From the human T2T-CHM13v2.0 reference genome, Homo sapiens, in assembly GCF_009914755.1 (NCBI RefSeq), contig NC_060938.1: a stretch of 64,000 bases of DNA. One strand, given 5' to 3'. Below, piece by piece: positions 28,875 through 46,163 of this stretch. Position numbers and translations under genes: made by a program. The notes under the pieces were generated by a model. It did no database searches. It had not been told where the DNA came from and was given only the letters and a program-made list of their open reading frames with translations. Each line of letters starts with the position of its first letter. The first letter of the stretch is position 1.

Positions 28875-31800
28875 TTTATAACTTGAAACCAGAACAAACT
28901 TGGTTTTGAACAAGCGTACAAATGAAATGGCAGACACATGCTGAACTCAACATTGTGACATTAAGGAAAAAAAGAGGCCCAAAATCTTGTACAGAGAATA
29001 AAGGAACAATAAATATTTTACTAAGCCATATTGAAATGACCTCCTGTCATCTCAACATTTTATCCATAATAAAAAAAAGTGCCTGTTTCTTAAACAGAGC
29101 ACAAATACCAAGCAATAATAAATAGTTCCAAACTTGTAGTAAAAGACAAAACCTCCAAGTAAACAACAAAAGCTCATACAATAAGTAATAGAAAAGGTAA
29201 TAAAAATATTTTGCCTTGCCAGTACAAATGCAAACAACTTAAATCAATGGGACTTTGCTTTGCAGGGCTGAGTTACAAGGAGCACCAAAATCACGGGTTT
29301 GCCTGTGTTCCACGAGACCTTCGGCTGACGGTTACTTAGGACCGGGATGAAAGGCTGATTTCCTTACTTTTCACATTTTGCTTAGAGTAATTCAGTCTCC
29401 TTCTCTCCCCATGAAAGACCCTCTAATGCCAAGTGGCAGGTTCCAATTGGGGGCAACTTTGAACAAAGTTGTGGCAGTGCGGAAACCGGCCTGAGGTCGG
29501 CTGGGTCACCCATGCTAGAGGCCTCTCTCTCGGGATCATCTGCTTCCGTGTTGGTTTTTTAAACACAAAACAGAAGCAAAATTCTCTCTTCTCTGCAGTC
29601 ACAGAGACACACAATGCTTGTGCTTTGGGATGGCTTAGTCCTGGCAATCTGGTAAGCTGGTGAGCACTGGCTAGCTGTTATGACTACAGGAAGACCACCC
29701 TGGAGGCACTCTAGGACCTCAGTGGGGCATCCAAAGGCAACAGCAGCCCCTGGATCTGCAGGTAGGAAACTGCAGTAGGAAACTGAAATCTCAGCTTTCT
29801 CTCCCATTCCCTCCCCCCTTTTTTTTAACTTTGCAAAGGTAAGTGGCAAGGAGGAAAGAGTGCATCGAACAGAAAAGCTTCTGCATTTGGTAAGGAATTG
29901 CCCAAAAGGATGCTTGGTTATACTTTCATAACCTGAAATAATGGTTTCTTACATTTCCTGAAATAAAAAATGGCTTCCTGATATTGGTATTTTATTTAAA
30001 AATGCATTATTCCCTCATCCAAAAGACCACCACTTTATCTTAAAGCTACTTGGCTTTACAAAAAATAAAAATAAAATAGAGGATTAGGGGAGGAACAGAC
30101 AGGAAGAAAAGAAATTAAATAAAAAATGAAAGAAAAAAAAAGGACCAATGGAGGATGAAGGATGGAGAGGAAACGCAGGGGAAGGAGAGAGAACGAGATA
30201 TGGAAAGGCACCAAATTCATCCCAGGCCCTCGCATTCGGAAACTGACGGAATGTAGGTTTCAGAGAGCAAAGCAGCAAAGCAGGGAAGAAAGACAAGAGG
30301 CCAACACTCTCCATGGCACGAAAGGTCCTGGCTGTGATGGAGTCTCCTTCCTGAAATCCAATTTGTACCGGTCTCAACAGCAGGTCACTTCACCTGGACC
30401 CAGCTGAATCACCAGCTCCTTTTATGATATTTGTGTTTGTTTCACAATTTCTCAAGGACTAAAGCAGCTCAGTTTGCATTGCTTTCTGCTGGTAAGGGCG
30501 GGAGAGGTGGTGGTGGTGACCGCCACAGGAGTGATGGTAGAGAAGGAAGATGTTCTCTCGCTCTCTCTCCTCTACATCTGACATCTTAGAGATGGCCTCT
30601 TAGAGAAAGGGAGGACGATGTGGAATGTTACTGACATCTTTACAAAAACTGATTTTTTTCCACTCAACACAAATAATTTCCCATCTGGTCTGCTGTGGCC
30701 ACACCAAGGAGCCTTGATGCAAGGTTCGGGGCGTTCAGAGAGAAGCCCAACACGAACGGTTCTCTGTGTAGGCCAATTCCGACAAAAAATATATACAACT
30801 AAATGATTTGTGAACCAAAGCATTTAACTACTTCCTTTTGTTTCTTTTTCTCAAAGGTTGTCAAACAACCCTTTTTCTCCTGTACAATAGGACTTAACAT
30901 ACAAATGTGTTTTTTTTGCAATATTTTATCCTGCCAAATTAAAAAAATATATTATGGCAGCCTGTTTGTTTTTGTTTTTTTTTTCTTTTTATTTCCAAAT
31001 TCACTAACAAAAAGGTACATTAAATCCCTTTAAAAGGACAAGCTTACAGTTAAAAAATTACGAGCTCCAGTAAAAATACAGCAAGTGCCTACATCATATG
31101 AACCAACCAATATATCCATTCCAGAGGGAGGCGGGAAGAGAAAAATAAGTACAGGTCAGAAATGTGATTTTTTTTTTTTCTGCAAAGCAATAACAATATT
31201 AAGCACTTTTTTTCTACATACTTTTTCTACATGGTGTAGCAATCCCCTTTGAATCCCCAAATACAAGTTTCTATACATTTTTTTTGAAATAAAAATTCAA
31301 CACCCAAGGCAGAAAAAAATTTACTAAAACTCCGACTTTACAGTTACTGTAACAAGAACAAATTTATAGACCCACCATTTAAATTTTACTGCAACATTTT
31401 CAAGGAAAAGAAAAGGGTATTTTTTTTCTTGTTTTGTAAAATGCCCAGGCATTCTCGATTATTACAAATACTGGTCCACTTTTACAGTAATCAAGAAATT
31501 TTAATATATATAATATATACTAAAACCCCGTCACCAAAAGAAAACAATATACACGCGGCCACTGTGGCATTTTTGTATAACCTATTAAGCAAACTTTGAA
31601 AAAAAAAGATCGCTCCAACACACATACACACAATTTTTTTTTTACCCTTGTATGTACCCAATACTGTAAACGTATTTTTAAGACAGAGTGCACTAAATTT
31701 AACTTTAGAAAAAATTAGCCGTTGTTCCTGAATTGTTTTTGTTTTGCTTTTCATTCAACGATATCAACTTGTAACTTGTGTCACTTGAGTTTTAATTCAG

Positions 31801-33707
31801 CAGTAAATCACCTCCACTCCATATCTAAGCAGCGTTGTCCCAAAAACAAAAGGGGCTGAGGATAATTCAGCTAATGGATGTCCAAGGTTGTGCTGGGTTT
31901 ATTTCTTCATTTGATTGGGTCTTATGGCATTTCATATCCTCTATCTTCAACCAGAATTTTTTTTTTTTTTACTTAAAGTAAATGTGGCTTTGTTAGTTTC
32001 TAAAGAATGTACTTTTCTTGTTTTACTTTTTTAAAAAGTCTTTTCATTTCAAAAAAAAAGTTTTGCATTTGTCTCAAGAGACTCAAATAGGAAGATCAGT
32101 TTTCAAGGCACTCACATCAAATTGAATGGCAGTAGAAAAACTGTCCTATAAATTATTATTTTATTTTGTTCTTTATAGTGCCAGTATTGTGAATGCCACG
32201 CTTAGCAATACTGACACTCAATCTCAGCTGTCCCTTACAGTTTAACCCACCTCTGGGCCAAAGAGAAGAATATGCTGCAATTTCTTGTTTAGAAGCCATT
32301 TAATTTAAATGCAAACAAAAGCTTTAAAGTGCGGGTCAACAGAATTCAAATGTCTAATCTTAACAGTTCAATATTTAGTACCTTCCAACCTAATGAGATA
32401 GGAAAAAAAAAATAAAAACCTGGGAAGTAGCGCTGGGCACCTTCTGATGGAACTCATCCCCTGCTTTTTCAGTAAAAGAGAATAGAAATTTGCAAGATCC
32501 CCACCCCACCCATCCCTACAATATCATCAGTGTGCATTAAATGAGAGAACACTAACTTCAATTAATTAGGGCATTCGTCTGCTTGGGAAATGATGGATGA
32601 CCCCTTGTAGCAACATAGGATTTGAGATTTATGTGGTGGGGGTGATTTAAAAAAAGAGAGAAGCCGTCAAGCCAGAAAACGCCTAAAAGAACACCGCTAG
32701 TTTCTTCCTTTCTGTGTCACTGCAGGCCACCCCATCTCCCCAAAAAGGTACCCTCAGCCCATTTTATGTAGCCTAATCTACAGCGAATAGCAGCCATGGC
32801 ACCCCAGGGCACACCAACAGGATAGTATCTGCTGGTCATGCACAACCTCAGAATGCTGTCGGGCCATTTCCCAGAGGAGCCCTCCAAAAACCCTATCTCT
32901 GGCGGCGCTGAGTCTGTGGGGTGCCTCCCCCAGCACCACCACTCAAGGTTTCCCTTATGTAATATGAAAGCCGAAATCAACACAGAAAAGGCCGCTTGAC
33001 TCGGGACGACATGAGTGCTACATCTCCATTCCAGTTCTGAAACAAAGTGCTACGACTTGAAAGATTGTTATCCGCTGTACATCCACACCCCCCACCCCAA
33101 AAACAAAAACCAAAAAAAAAATTAAAAAATAATTAAAAAAAAAACTGCATGCCACTTTTTATTTCAGGACAAAAAAAAGGAAGGAATGAAAAAGTAAACA
33201 ACTTTAAAAGTCATTTGAGTGTTGGCTTCTTCACAAGAAATTACACATGCTTAGCTTAAATTTCAAAAAAGCAGCACCACCCCTCCCCCCAAATTATAAT
33301 TTAAAAGATATGCTTCCCCTCTAACATTGCTTGCGAGTCATTGCTCAGGCTACTACCGGGTTAAAAAAAAAACAAAGAAGGGATGGATACCCAACAAAAT
33401 CTCTTAAAGGAATTCAAACAGAAAAAATAATAATAAAAAGTACCTGCACATGCCAAAAAAATTACAAAACCCAATAAATACAGAAATTATTGCACAGTTA
33501 AAAGGCTCCACAATTTGTACTGCCTTAATCAACCCTCGGGTTTCCATAGGACTTCGCAGACACAGGTTAGGTTGGAGTGCCGCCTCCCCTGGGCCCCGGG
33601 GACACGCGGGGTGCGGGGTGGCGGTGACACGGAGGCAAGTCAGGTCAGCATTCTCTCGGTTGGCAACGGTTCCACTGTACAGGTGCGGGGCGCCGGGGCC
33701 CGCGCGC
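28845..33707 (-). other. BCL11B: BCL11B 3'UTR (~4.9 kb)
   Basis: Follows the stop codon; no interspersed repeats; U-rich on mRNA strand; ends at the poly(A) signal. Confidence 0.85.
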
Positions 33708-36410
<2,703 letters not shown>

Positions 36411-38748
36411 ATTCTGATAATATTTGATTCCAGGGAGTTGTACAGAAACACAAATCAAACTGTACTATCCTGCAAACTTTTTTTTTTTTAAGAGAAATAG
36501 CTGCAATACCTCTGCAACATTTGGGATTTTTAGCTATAGGAAATTCTCGTGTTTCCTACACCACCGTCTGTGCAGAAAGCACTGTACACCTGAATATGGA
36601 TTCCTAGGAACAGAAAAAATTTAACATGCTGTGAAGACCGGCTACTACTGTGACAGCTGCCCCCACCCCGTGTCCTCACACACACGCCCAAACACCGCTT
36701 GGAATTCCACCTCCAGACCCCAGGGAAGGCGGGGGCACACTGGCCTACATGAGTCTTTCAAAGTCCTCTGCCAGAATACTAAGCAATGAAAGAACATCCT
36801 CACATCTGACAGGGCAGTCAGGATGAACAGTGGCAAATGCTGATGTGTTAGCAACTGGCTCTGGTGACACGGGCAGCAAATTGTAGCGAACACTCGTGGT
36901 ATGGAGCCAAAACGTCATCGTCTGTGTCCATCACTGAGACAATCACAAAATGGAGGCTGAACATTTCCTCCGGAACCCATCCTGCAAGTGCCCTCCTGCA
37001 CCTGGGGGTGAAGCTCGCCGCTTTTCCAGTATGTACCTCTCCTAATGCTCTGCATAAAAGAGACGGTGCAGACGGGACCCGTCTTGCAGCATTGCACTCA
37101 CTAGCTGGGGATGCAAGAGGAACAAGAATCCCAGCTCAGATCCAGCAGAAGACATGGCATGCGAGATCTTGAAAGATCCCTTTTGTTTTCTCAAACTTTC
37201 ATCTACCTGGAAGATTTTAACACAGATGCTAAAGTACAGGGGCCACAAGCTCTGGTGAAGTCAAACGTGCAAATGAATGACCCTTCCCAATATCGGTAAG
37301 TTGCCATGGGAAGTGGAGAAAACAGTCCCCTGTCTCACTCTCTCCACCAATCGATTACAGGCCTTCTGAAATCCTAGGCAGACAGCATTTTTGTTTTCCA
37401 CCCACTAATTATGTTTCTGGAAGGCTGCACTCTTAGCAGTGTTTATAGGCACATAAACTTTCATTTGGAAACCATCTTTTAAAAATCAAGTGACTCGGGG
37501 ACCAAATACCCTGAATTCCATCCAAGGTCTTGAGTGTGGCCTGTGCCTCTGCCTGAAACTGGACTTGCCAGTTTCTGAGGGGCCGGGACCTCCCCAAGAC
37601 ATCGCATGCCTGCAGCGTCACAGAAGGCTTCGTGCTGTCCGAGGGGCAGGGTGGAGACTCCCCCCGCGACCTCAGAACCAGTTGGCCCAGGACACCAACA
37701 CTAGAAACCGAGCCAGGCTGTTACAAGTTTGGCATTACATAGGGATTCTTTCCCTCTCCTCTCCTATTCTGTGTGTTTGGTGATGAGAAGACGGTGGTAG
37801 GGAGGACAGAAATGAAAAAGGAATTCTGAAGTTCGGCCTCATCCCTCTTAAAAACAGCTCAAGGAGCACCTCTGAGGCTATCTTCTTTCTCCAGGGTGTC
37901 TGGGTCATTTCCCTCTCTTAGTCATCCAGGTAACTCAGTTCCCCCATGAAAGAGCCCCTGAGGGGAAACCTCCCCACCTAAGATAGGGCAGGGACGCCTT
38001 CCCAAGGCCCTGGGTGGCCGCGATTCTCCCTGTAAGGCCACCCCAACACCACAGCCGTCCTGCTCTGTGCACTCTCAGCGAACAGAGGAAGTGCCCAGCT
38101 TCCCTGGTTCTGTCCTACACTTATTAGTGATTGTACTTGGGGAACAGCACGCCTTAGCTCAGACAGCCTCATAAGAGAGCTGGCCAGAAGCCATATTTAG
38201 ACGACTCCTCACACCCTTTTTGGGAACAAGGCAGAATAAATAAGTAATAAAAAAAGAAGCTAGATAAACATCCTTTTCTGACACAGGAGCTAATAACACA
38301 AATGAAGTGCCCCTTCCTGCAGGGTTATAGATCTTCAAATTAAAGATCGTTCCTGTACCCTGCACCACCCTTCAGCCACTCTAATTAATCAATTCACAGC
38401 TTTCCGTCGCTTTAGTTTCTCATGTTTTCAAGTCAGGCCACCTCCCTTCCCCCAATCTCTTTTTCATCATCTCTGTTTCCCTGGGAAGTGCTCCAAAGCA
38501 CTTCCTGTTTCTTGATCTGGGTGGCCACAGATTTTCTAGAAAGTTCTGTGGCTGGTGAGGAAAGAACATGGCTATCAGAGGAAAATGCAGAGCGCTTACG
38601 CAGGCCAGCAGTGAAGGCGGCTCTACAGCTGAAATGGCCCAGTCACAGGTTTTTCAACTCAAAAGGGCAGTTACTGGAAGTCAGGTAGCTACAAGTGCTA
38701 AAGAGCTCAAGTGTTTCCACTTCTTGTTTGTTTGTTTTAAATGCTTCT

Positions 38749-39246
<498 letters not shown>

Positions 39247-40109
39247 TCACTTCAGGCGATGGCCTCCAGTGCAGGATCTGAAGCCTTCCGATATCCTAAA
39301 AATCACCCAGCCCTCAGAGGCCCGCCCTAGACAACTTTCTTTCCAGTCCCCACTCCCTTCTTTTTTTAATAAAACATTCATTTCCTTATTATCACTCCAT
39401 GGTTATCTCTTGCCCGGAAGTAGCCCTGAGCATGAGGCTTGCTCACTTTCAGAAATGGAACAATGTCAGAAAGTCTTTGAAGAGCCACTCAGAACATTTT
39501 TCTATTTGAAAACTCGCTAAATATTTTAAACACATGGCACGCAGTCTCAGACGGCTCATTTTTAAGTGCAGCAAAAGACCCCTGGTGAGCAGGCTGCTTC
39601 TGACTGGGGGCTGGCCCACTCCCCTTCCCGGGACCAGATGTTTCCTGGCTGTCACCCCCCTCCAGGAACTGAGGGCCACCTGCCCACAGGTGAGCTGGAG
39701 GCTGCACTGTGGAGAGGGGTGACAACTTTATGCTAGCGGCCCAGACAGGCTGCTGAGATTCCCACTGATAGGTCAAGGCCTAGATTATTTAGAAGCGATT
39801 TACCCAGCAACATCAAACCTGGCCTACAGACCTAGAAACGTCAGCTACACTTTGCTCACTAAGTCACGCTTGGCAACTCAGACCCAGGGCCTCGTCTTCC
39901 CTTGCTTCTTTCCATCCTTCTTCCTTTCTCAGACATTTTTTGTATCCACTGACAGAAACCCACACTGGATCTTCTTTGCTCCACTGGCTCTAGACAGAGC
40001 CCCAGGACATCTTTCTCAAATGCAATACCCTGGGTCATGAGAACCCTGGACAACAGCAGTGCGTCCATACCCCTCTGCCTTGGTGTTCCCAGAAGGAGGA
40101 ATTCAGTCA

Positions 40110-40250
40110 ATTCATTTAACCTCTCTGAGGCTTGACTTCCTCATCAGTAGAATGGGAATAATATACCTGGCTCCAGAGAGGCCTGGGGAGACCAAATGAG
40201 CTCCTGTATGTGGGCACAGCCTATAAATCGCACATGGCTATGCAGGCGTT
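40110..40250 (+). mobile_element. MIR fragment
   Basis: catttaacctctctgag..ttcctcatcagtagaatgggaataata. Confidence 0.65.
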
Positions 40251-41744
40251 ACGATGGGGTTTGCACGTTTTGTTTTTTTATTATCCATCCTTGTACCTGG
40301 TCATGGATGTTTCAGTGATGACTTTCAGTATAACTCCAGCAATAATGAAACCCTGGAGGACATTTAATGCAGCCTGCCTCATGCATTAGAGGTTCTAGGG
40401 AAGCAGAAACTTGCAAACATTGAGGAAACATCGTTTTTTATTATGATGCTTGGGAACCGACGTGCAGCTGGACTCCTGCAATGAAATGTGACTCTCCCTC
40501 TGCCATTAGGCTTTTTTATGAGCATTTAAATAATTGTTCCTCCTTATTAAGCTGGCTACTCTAATAATACCAATAAAGGTATCAGAGATGTTCAATAAAA
40601 AACACACCTTTAATTGAAATTATTATCCAATGAAAAGGCCATAATTGATAGGGGTCCTCCTAAGGCCAAGTGATACCAAAGGGAAGGGCATTCCTGCCTG
40701 GGTGAGATTTAGTGGCCCACTGCTGTTCGAGAAGGAGCAGCAAGGAGACACCCTCTCGACTCAAGCAGGGCCCGGGGTGATATCCTGAGGTTGGGGGGCT
40801 AAAGTAAGAACTGGATTCTGGCTTTACAGGCCCCTCTACAGGTTGCAAAACATTTTACACTAGGCGTGGCATTTCCCATGCATTCACTCACACCATCTTT
40901 GCTCACTGTGGCCTCAAGGGGGGCCAGGGGAAAACTGCATCCCAGCTGGCACGTGAGCAAACTGACGCTCAGAGAAGCAAAGCGGCACGGCCAGAAAGGG
41001 GCAGGCCACGCTCCTCCTCAGGCTTCCCAACCCCTGAGCAGGGCTCCAGCCCCGCCTCGGCACACAGCACCACCTGAGGCATTTATCGTCAGGGCCTGTT
41101 TCACAATGCAAATGGCCACGAAGGAGGTTCTCCCACCACACTGTGAGTGTCCTCCCAGTGGAAGGCACTGATGATGTTTGGTTGGAACCCGGTCAGGTCC
41201 ACCACAGGCCTTGACCCTGGAGAGGAGAAGGGGAGACGTTTCACAGAGCGAGCAAGCGAGCCTGCGGGGTATGACACGTCACTGGGGACCTCGTGAGGTA
41301 GACACCGAAGTGGCCAAATCCAGGGATGGGAAACCAGATCCCAGGGCCCCCTGTGGCAGCTCCCTTCCCCACTCTGGACTTCAGGGTACCCAGTACCCAA
41401 GGAGATGGCTGGTTTCACCGGCCAACCACTCAGTCCGCCTCCAGAATCCGTCTGCTAAAGATGCCGTCTCCACAGTTCCAAAATGATCGTAATTATCAGT
41501 GTTATCCCTCAGATGTGTAGATTCCTTATTCATTTAAAAACTATCCTCTTTCATGACGTCAGAAAGGAGATGTCCATTGGGCACCGCAGGGATCTATTTA
41601 AGTTTCGTGTCTATATCATTCTGGGCACAGCCATCTGCAGAATTGATAACCATCCCTGCCTGTTCCAAATGTATTCCGTGAAACCTCAGCTCTCTCCAAG
41701 ACAAAGGCGGAACTGGGGAAATAACACTCACAGTGGTAACAAGA

Positions 41745-41910
41745 AAGCTTTATGAAATCCTTACCACCTGCCAGGCATGAGCTAAGCACACCAAGGACCT
41801 CACATGCTGCTCCAACAACCCCTGCAGTACCCACCGTCATGATGACCATTTTACAGATGAAGAAACTGAGGACGGGAAGAGATAGGGGATCCGCCTGGGG
41901 CTGCACAGCT
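41745..41910 (-). mobile_element. MIR fragment
   Basis: ccattttacagatgaagaaactgagg. Confidence 0.7.
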
Positions 41911-44710
41911 GCCCACGGTAAAGCCTGTGCTCTTGTTATGCTGTTCTGATAAACGCTGGGTCAGAAGAGCAGCAGACACACTCTGGGCAGGGATGGGGCT
42001 AGCTACCTGGGCCTCAGTATTTTACCTTTCATTTCAGCCCACGTACTAACAAAAATGTCAAGATGTGTTGCTTTTGGCTAGAATTGCAGTAACTCCATGA
42101 AATCATGCTGATTATCTCATGGCAAAAATAATAGATGCCATTTAGAAGAGAAAAACCTTTCAAAGCAAGTGGCCCACTGAGGGGTGTAAGTGCTGATGGT
42201 AATAGCAGTGGTACTATGACCAATAAGACATGGTCTCCTCTGGTGGTAATGTGCTGAGCCAGCCTCTGGCTAAGAAAGCCACCGCCCCCACACCAAGGCC
42301 TGCGGTAGACATTGCCAGTTCATCCCCGCACTCTCCCTCCAGGCCTTGGACTCCTCTTTAACCCCAGGCTCCAGGCAGTCATTGCCAAATAAAGCATGCC
42401 TGCACCTCTTTGCCATTCCTGGATCTCAGTAGATGTAAATCCAGTAAATGTGGGATCAAAATAGATTGGGCTGAATGAGCGTGGTAGCACTGTGTGTTCT
42501 GCTGAGAACTTTGTCTACATCTGACTTTCATTAATTCACTGAACAAACAGGATCTGGGCCCCCTTCATCTGCTAGGTACTATGCTGGTAGCTAAGGGTGC
42601 AGCTCACACTCCAGGGGGGAGACAGGGAACCCCCAGTAACCACTCCATTATTTAATGCAAATTATGAGTGACGCTAGGAGGAGTTCAGGGTGCTGGGAGA
42701 GAGAAGAATTCAAGGGTTTGACTCAACTTGGGGGTTCAGAACCCACATGATGCCAGACCCACCCACATCACCTCGTTTAGACCCCACCTAACTCTACACG
42801 CAGTGACCATTGACCGAAGAAATAAGGGAAGCCCAGAGAACTTGGATAAGTTGCTCAAGAAGAAATTAGTGACCTTAGCTTATTTATTTAAAATTCATCT
42901 TCCAGACTCCAAGCTCCTTGAGGACAGGGACTGCGCTGGTCTTGTGGACTGCTTGGACACCAGCCTGCAACATGGTGACTCACGCAAAGTTGCACTTCAG
43001 GACTGCCAGCGGCCGAGACATCCGACAGACCAGGAGTCTTCTCAGCCTCCTGCCAGCACGAGCCATGTTCCTTCCAGACCCACTTCAAAGCCCAGACACT
43101 TCGGCCAAGTTGCTGGACACCACAGGGCTTCAGGGTCCTCATCCACACAGGGAAAACAATACCTGCCTTCCTGGGTCGTTCGCTGTAGGATGAGGGCTCG
43201 TCGTGGTAAAATACCCCAAATAGGGACCCACATACAGTAGGCACTGGGTACACGGGAGGTGACAGAGACTGGAACTTGGGACTTTCTCTGCGTTTTCTCA
43301 TGGTCAGCGTTCCTGAAGTCCCACCAAGACAAGGACTAGACCTGGGAGGACACCGCAACTCCACAGTCCACATGCCGCCCTCCACACCGGGCCCCCTCCA
43401 GAGAGCAGGGCTCCACTCAGCACTCTCAACAAAAGGCCTCTCTTCCTCAGCAGAGAACACACCCAGCACTGCCCCCACCCCGAAGCCGGCTGCATCCCAA
43501 CCACCAAAGCATGCCAGAATCCCAGGGGACTACACACAGAACCAAGACAGTATGCCACCACCTCTGCTACCACCCACCCCAGAACCAGGGACAGATCTTC
43601 CCAAATCACAGAGCTGGTGGGGCCTCCCTGATACCCAGGACGATGTATCAGGCACCCCAGCCTTTGGGATCCGGTCCCACTTGCTGCCTGCCTTTTGCAC
43701 ACACCCATGAGCTGCCCACTCGCCCTCTCGGTGCCTCCCTTTGGGCAGCGCATTTTCACACCTCCATGCCCTTGCTGGTGCCATTCCTGCTTCTTGGAAT
43801 ACCTGCCGTTTATTCTCTCCCCATAAAATATCTTTTCAGATCCAGCCCAAGTCTAATCCCCTCAGCATTCCACAGCATTGTATTTAGATCTGCTTCATAC
43901 TGATCACCATACTGAACTGTCATCTTTTGTCTTTGACCTTGGTGTGTTCAGCATGGCTACAGCCTGCACGTGCCAATGTTGGCCTTTTGCTGTCAGGTGG
44001 ATGCTCACAGCCACTTTGGAAAGTGGGTTTTAACCCAGGTTCTCTAGAGAAAAGAAACTAAGTCTCATCACAGCTGAGTGAGGGGCCCCAGGTCACAGGG
44101 CTGGTAAGTGGCAGAGTCAAGATGCACACCCGGGTCCGTCTGACCCCAGAGCCTGTGCTGGGGTCCAGACTCACAACTGGCTGCCCCTCACACAGGGATG
44201 GCAGACCCTGTGGTGACCATCCCTGGGAAGGAGCCTGAGCCAGCCCTGTCTAATCATTCCGCCTGCACCTGGGATTGCCAGCAAGCCAGCCCGGGAGGCC
44301 AAGCTGAAGGCCTTCGAGGGCAGGAAATGGCCCAGAAGAAAGAGGCTGCACACAGCGAGAAAACCTCGCTCACCCCATAGTGTTGGGTGACCGTCCACTT
44401 ACCCTCATGGGACCCCTGCAGCAGAGGTGAGCTGTGCGGCTTCATCTGCCTGGACTTAATTCAGGCTTTGAGAAAAACCTTAGGAAGCTGGGCCTACACC
44501 CCTCAAACAAAGAGCCCCAGCATTCCCCTTGACAGCCAGATTTTCACAAAAACGCCAGTGAGTCTTGGTTTCCTCCCTCAGGGTCATAGGTGGGGGTCAG
44601 GGAGTGGGAGTGGGTTAAACTGTAGACACAGAGAATTGTCAGACAAAGCAGAAACCTCAAGTGACTTTTGAGTACCTGGGGAGGAGGCAGGCAGCAAAAC
44701 TACATGATGA

Positions 44711-45163
<453 letters not shown>

Positions 45164-45798
45164 CTATAGAATGAGGCAGGTCGGGGGAAATGGGAAATGC
45201 AACCGGAGAGGCAAATATATACCCAAGAGCATTCCACAAAAGGGGTCTCCATCCAGTGCAGGCCTGGCTCATTCCACAGGGCTGTCCTTACTCCCGCACA
45301 CTCGCCCTCCTGACCCAGGGTAAGTGTTAGGTGTGCAGAAGACACCCTGCTCCCGAGGTGCTTTCCTGGGGAAGCCCTGGAAGAGTATCAGGATGACCCA
45401 AGACCTCACCGCATCTGGCAACCCAGAAATGGTATCGTTACAGCAAGAAATGAGAGCACGGCTTCACCGTCAACTTCTCAACAACATTTATTCACTTGTT
45501 CCTTCCTCCCTTCCTTCACAGATGCACGATGTGTCTACTCTGTGCCAGGCCCTATGCCAAGAGGAGGGACACACAAAGAAATGAAGGTCTGTCCTCATGG
45601 AGCATAAAGTCTAGAGCAAGAGGCCAATGACTCCAGGAACATCTAGGCAGGGTTCAGGCCACTCAGTCACTAGTGAAGGGTGTGCCAAGCAGTGTGGAAC
45701 CCAGAGGAGGGAGAGGCTGACATCCTCGGGGGACCAGGAAAGATTCTCCAAGGAAGAGACCCTGGTGTTCATTCAGAAGGGAAAATAAGAGTGCATCA

Positions 45799-46163
<365 letters not shown>

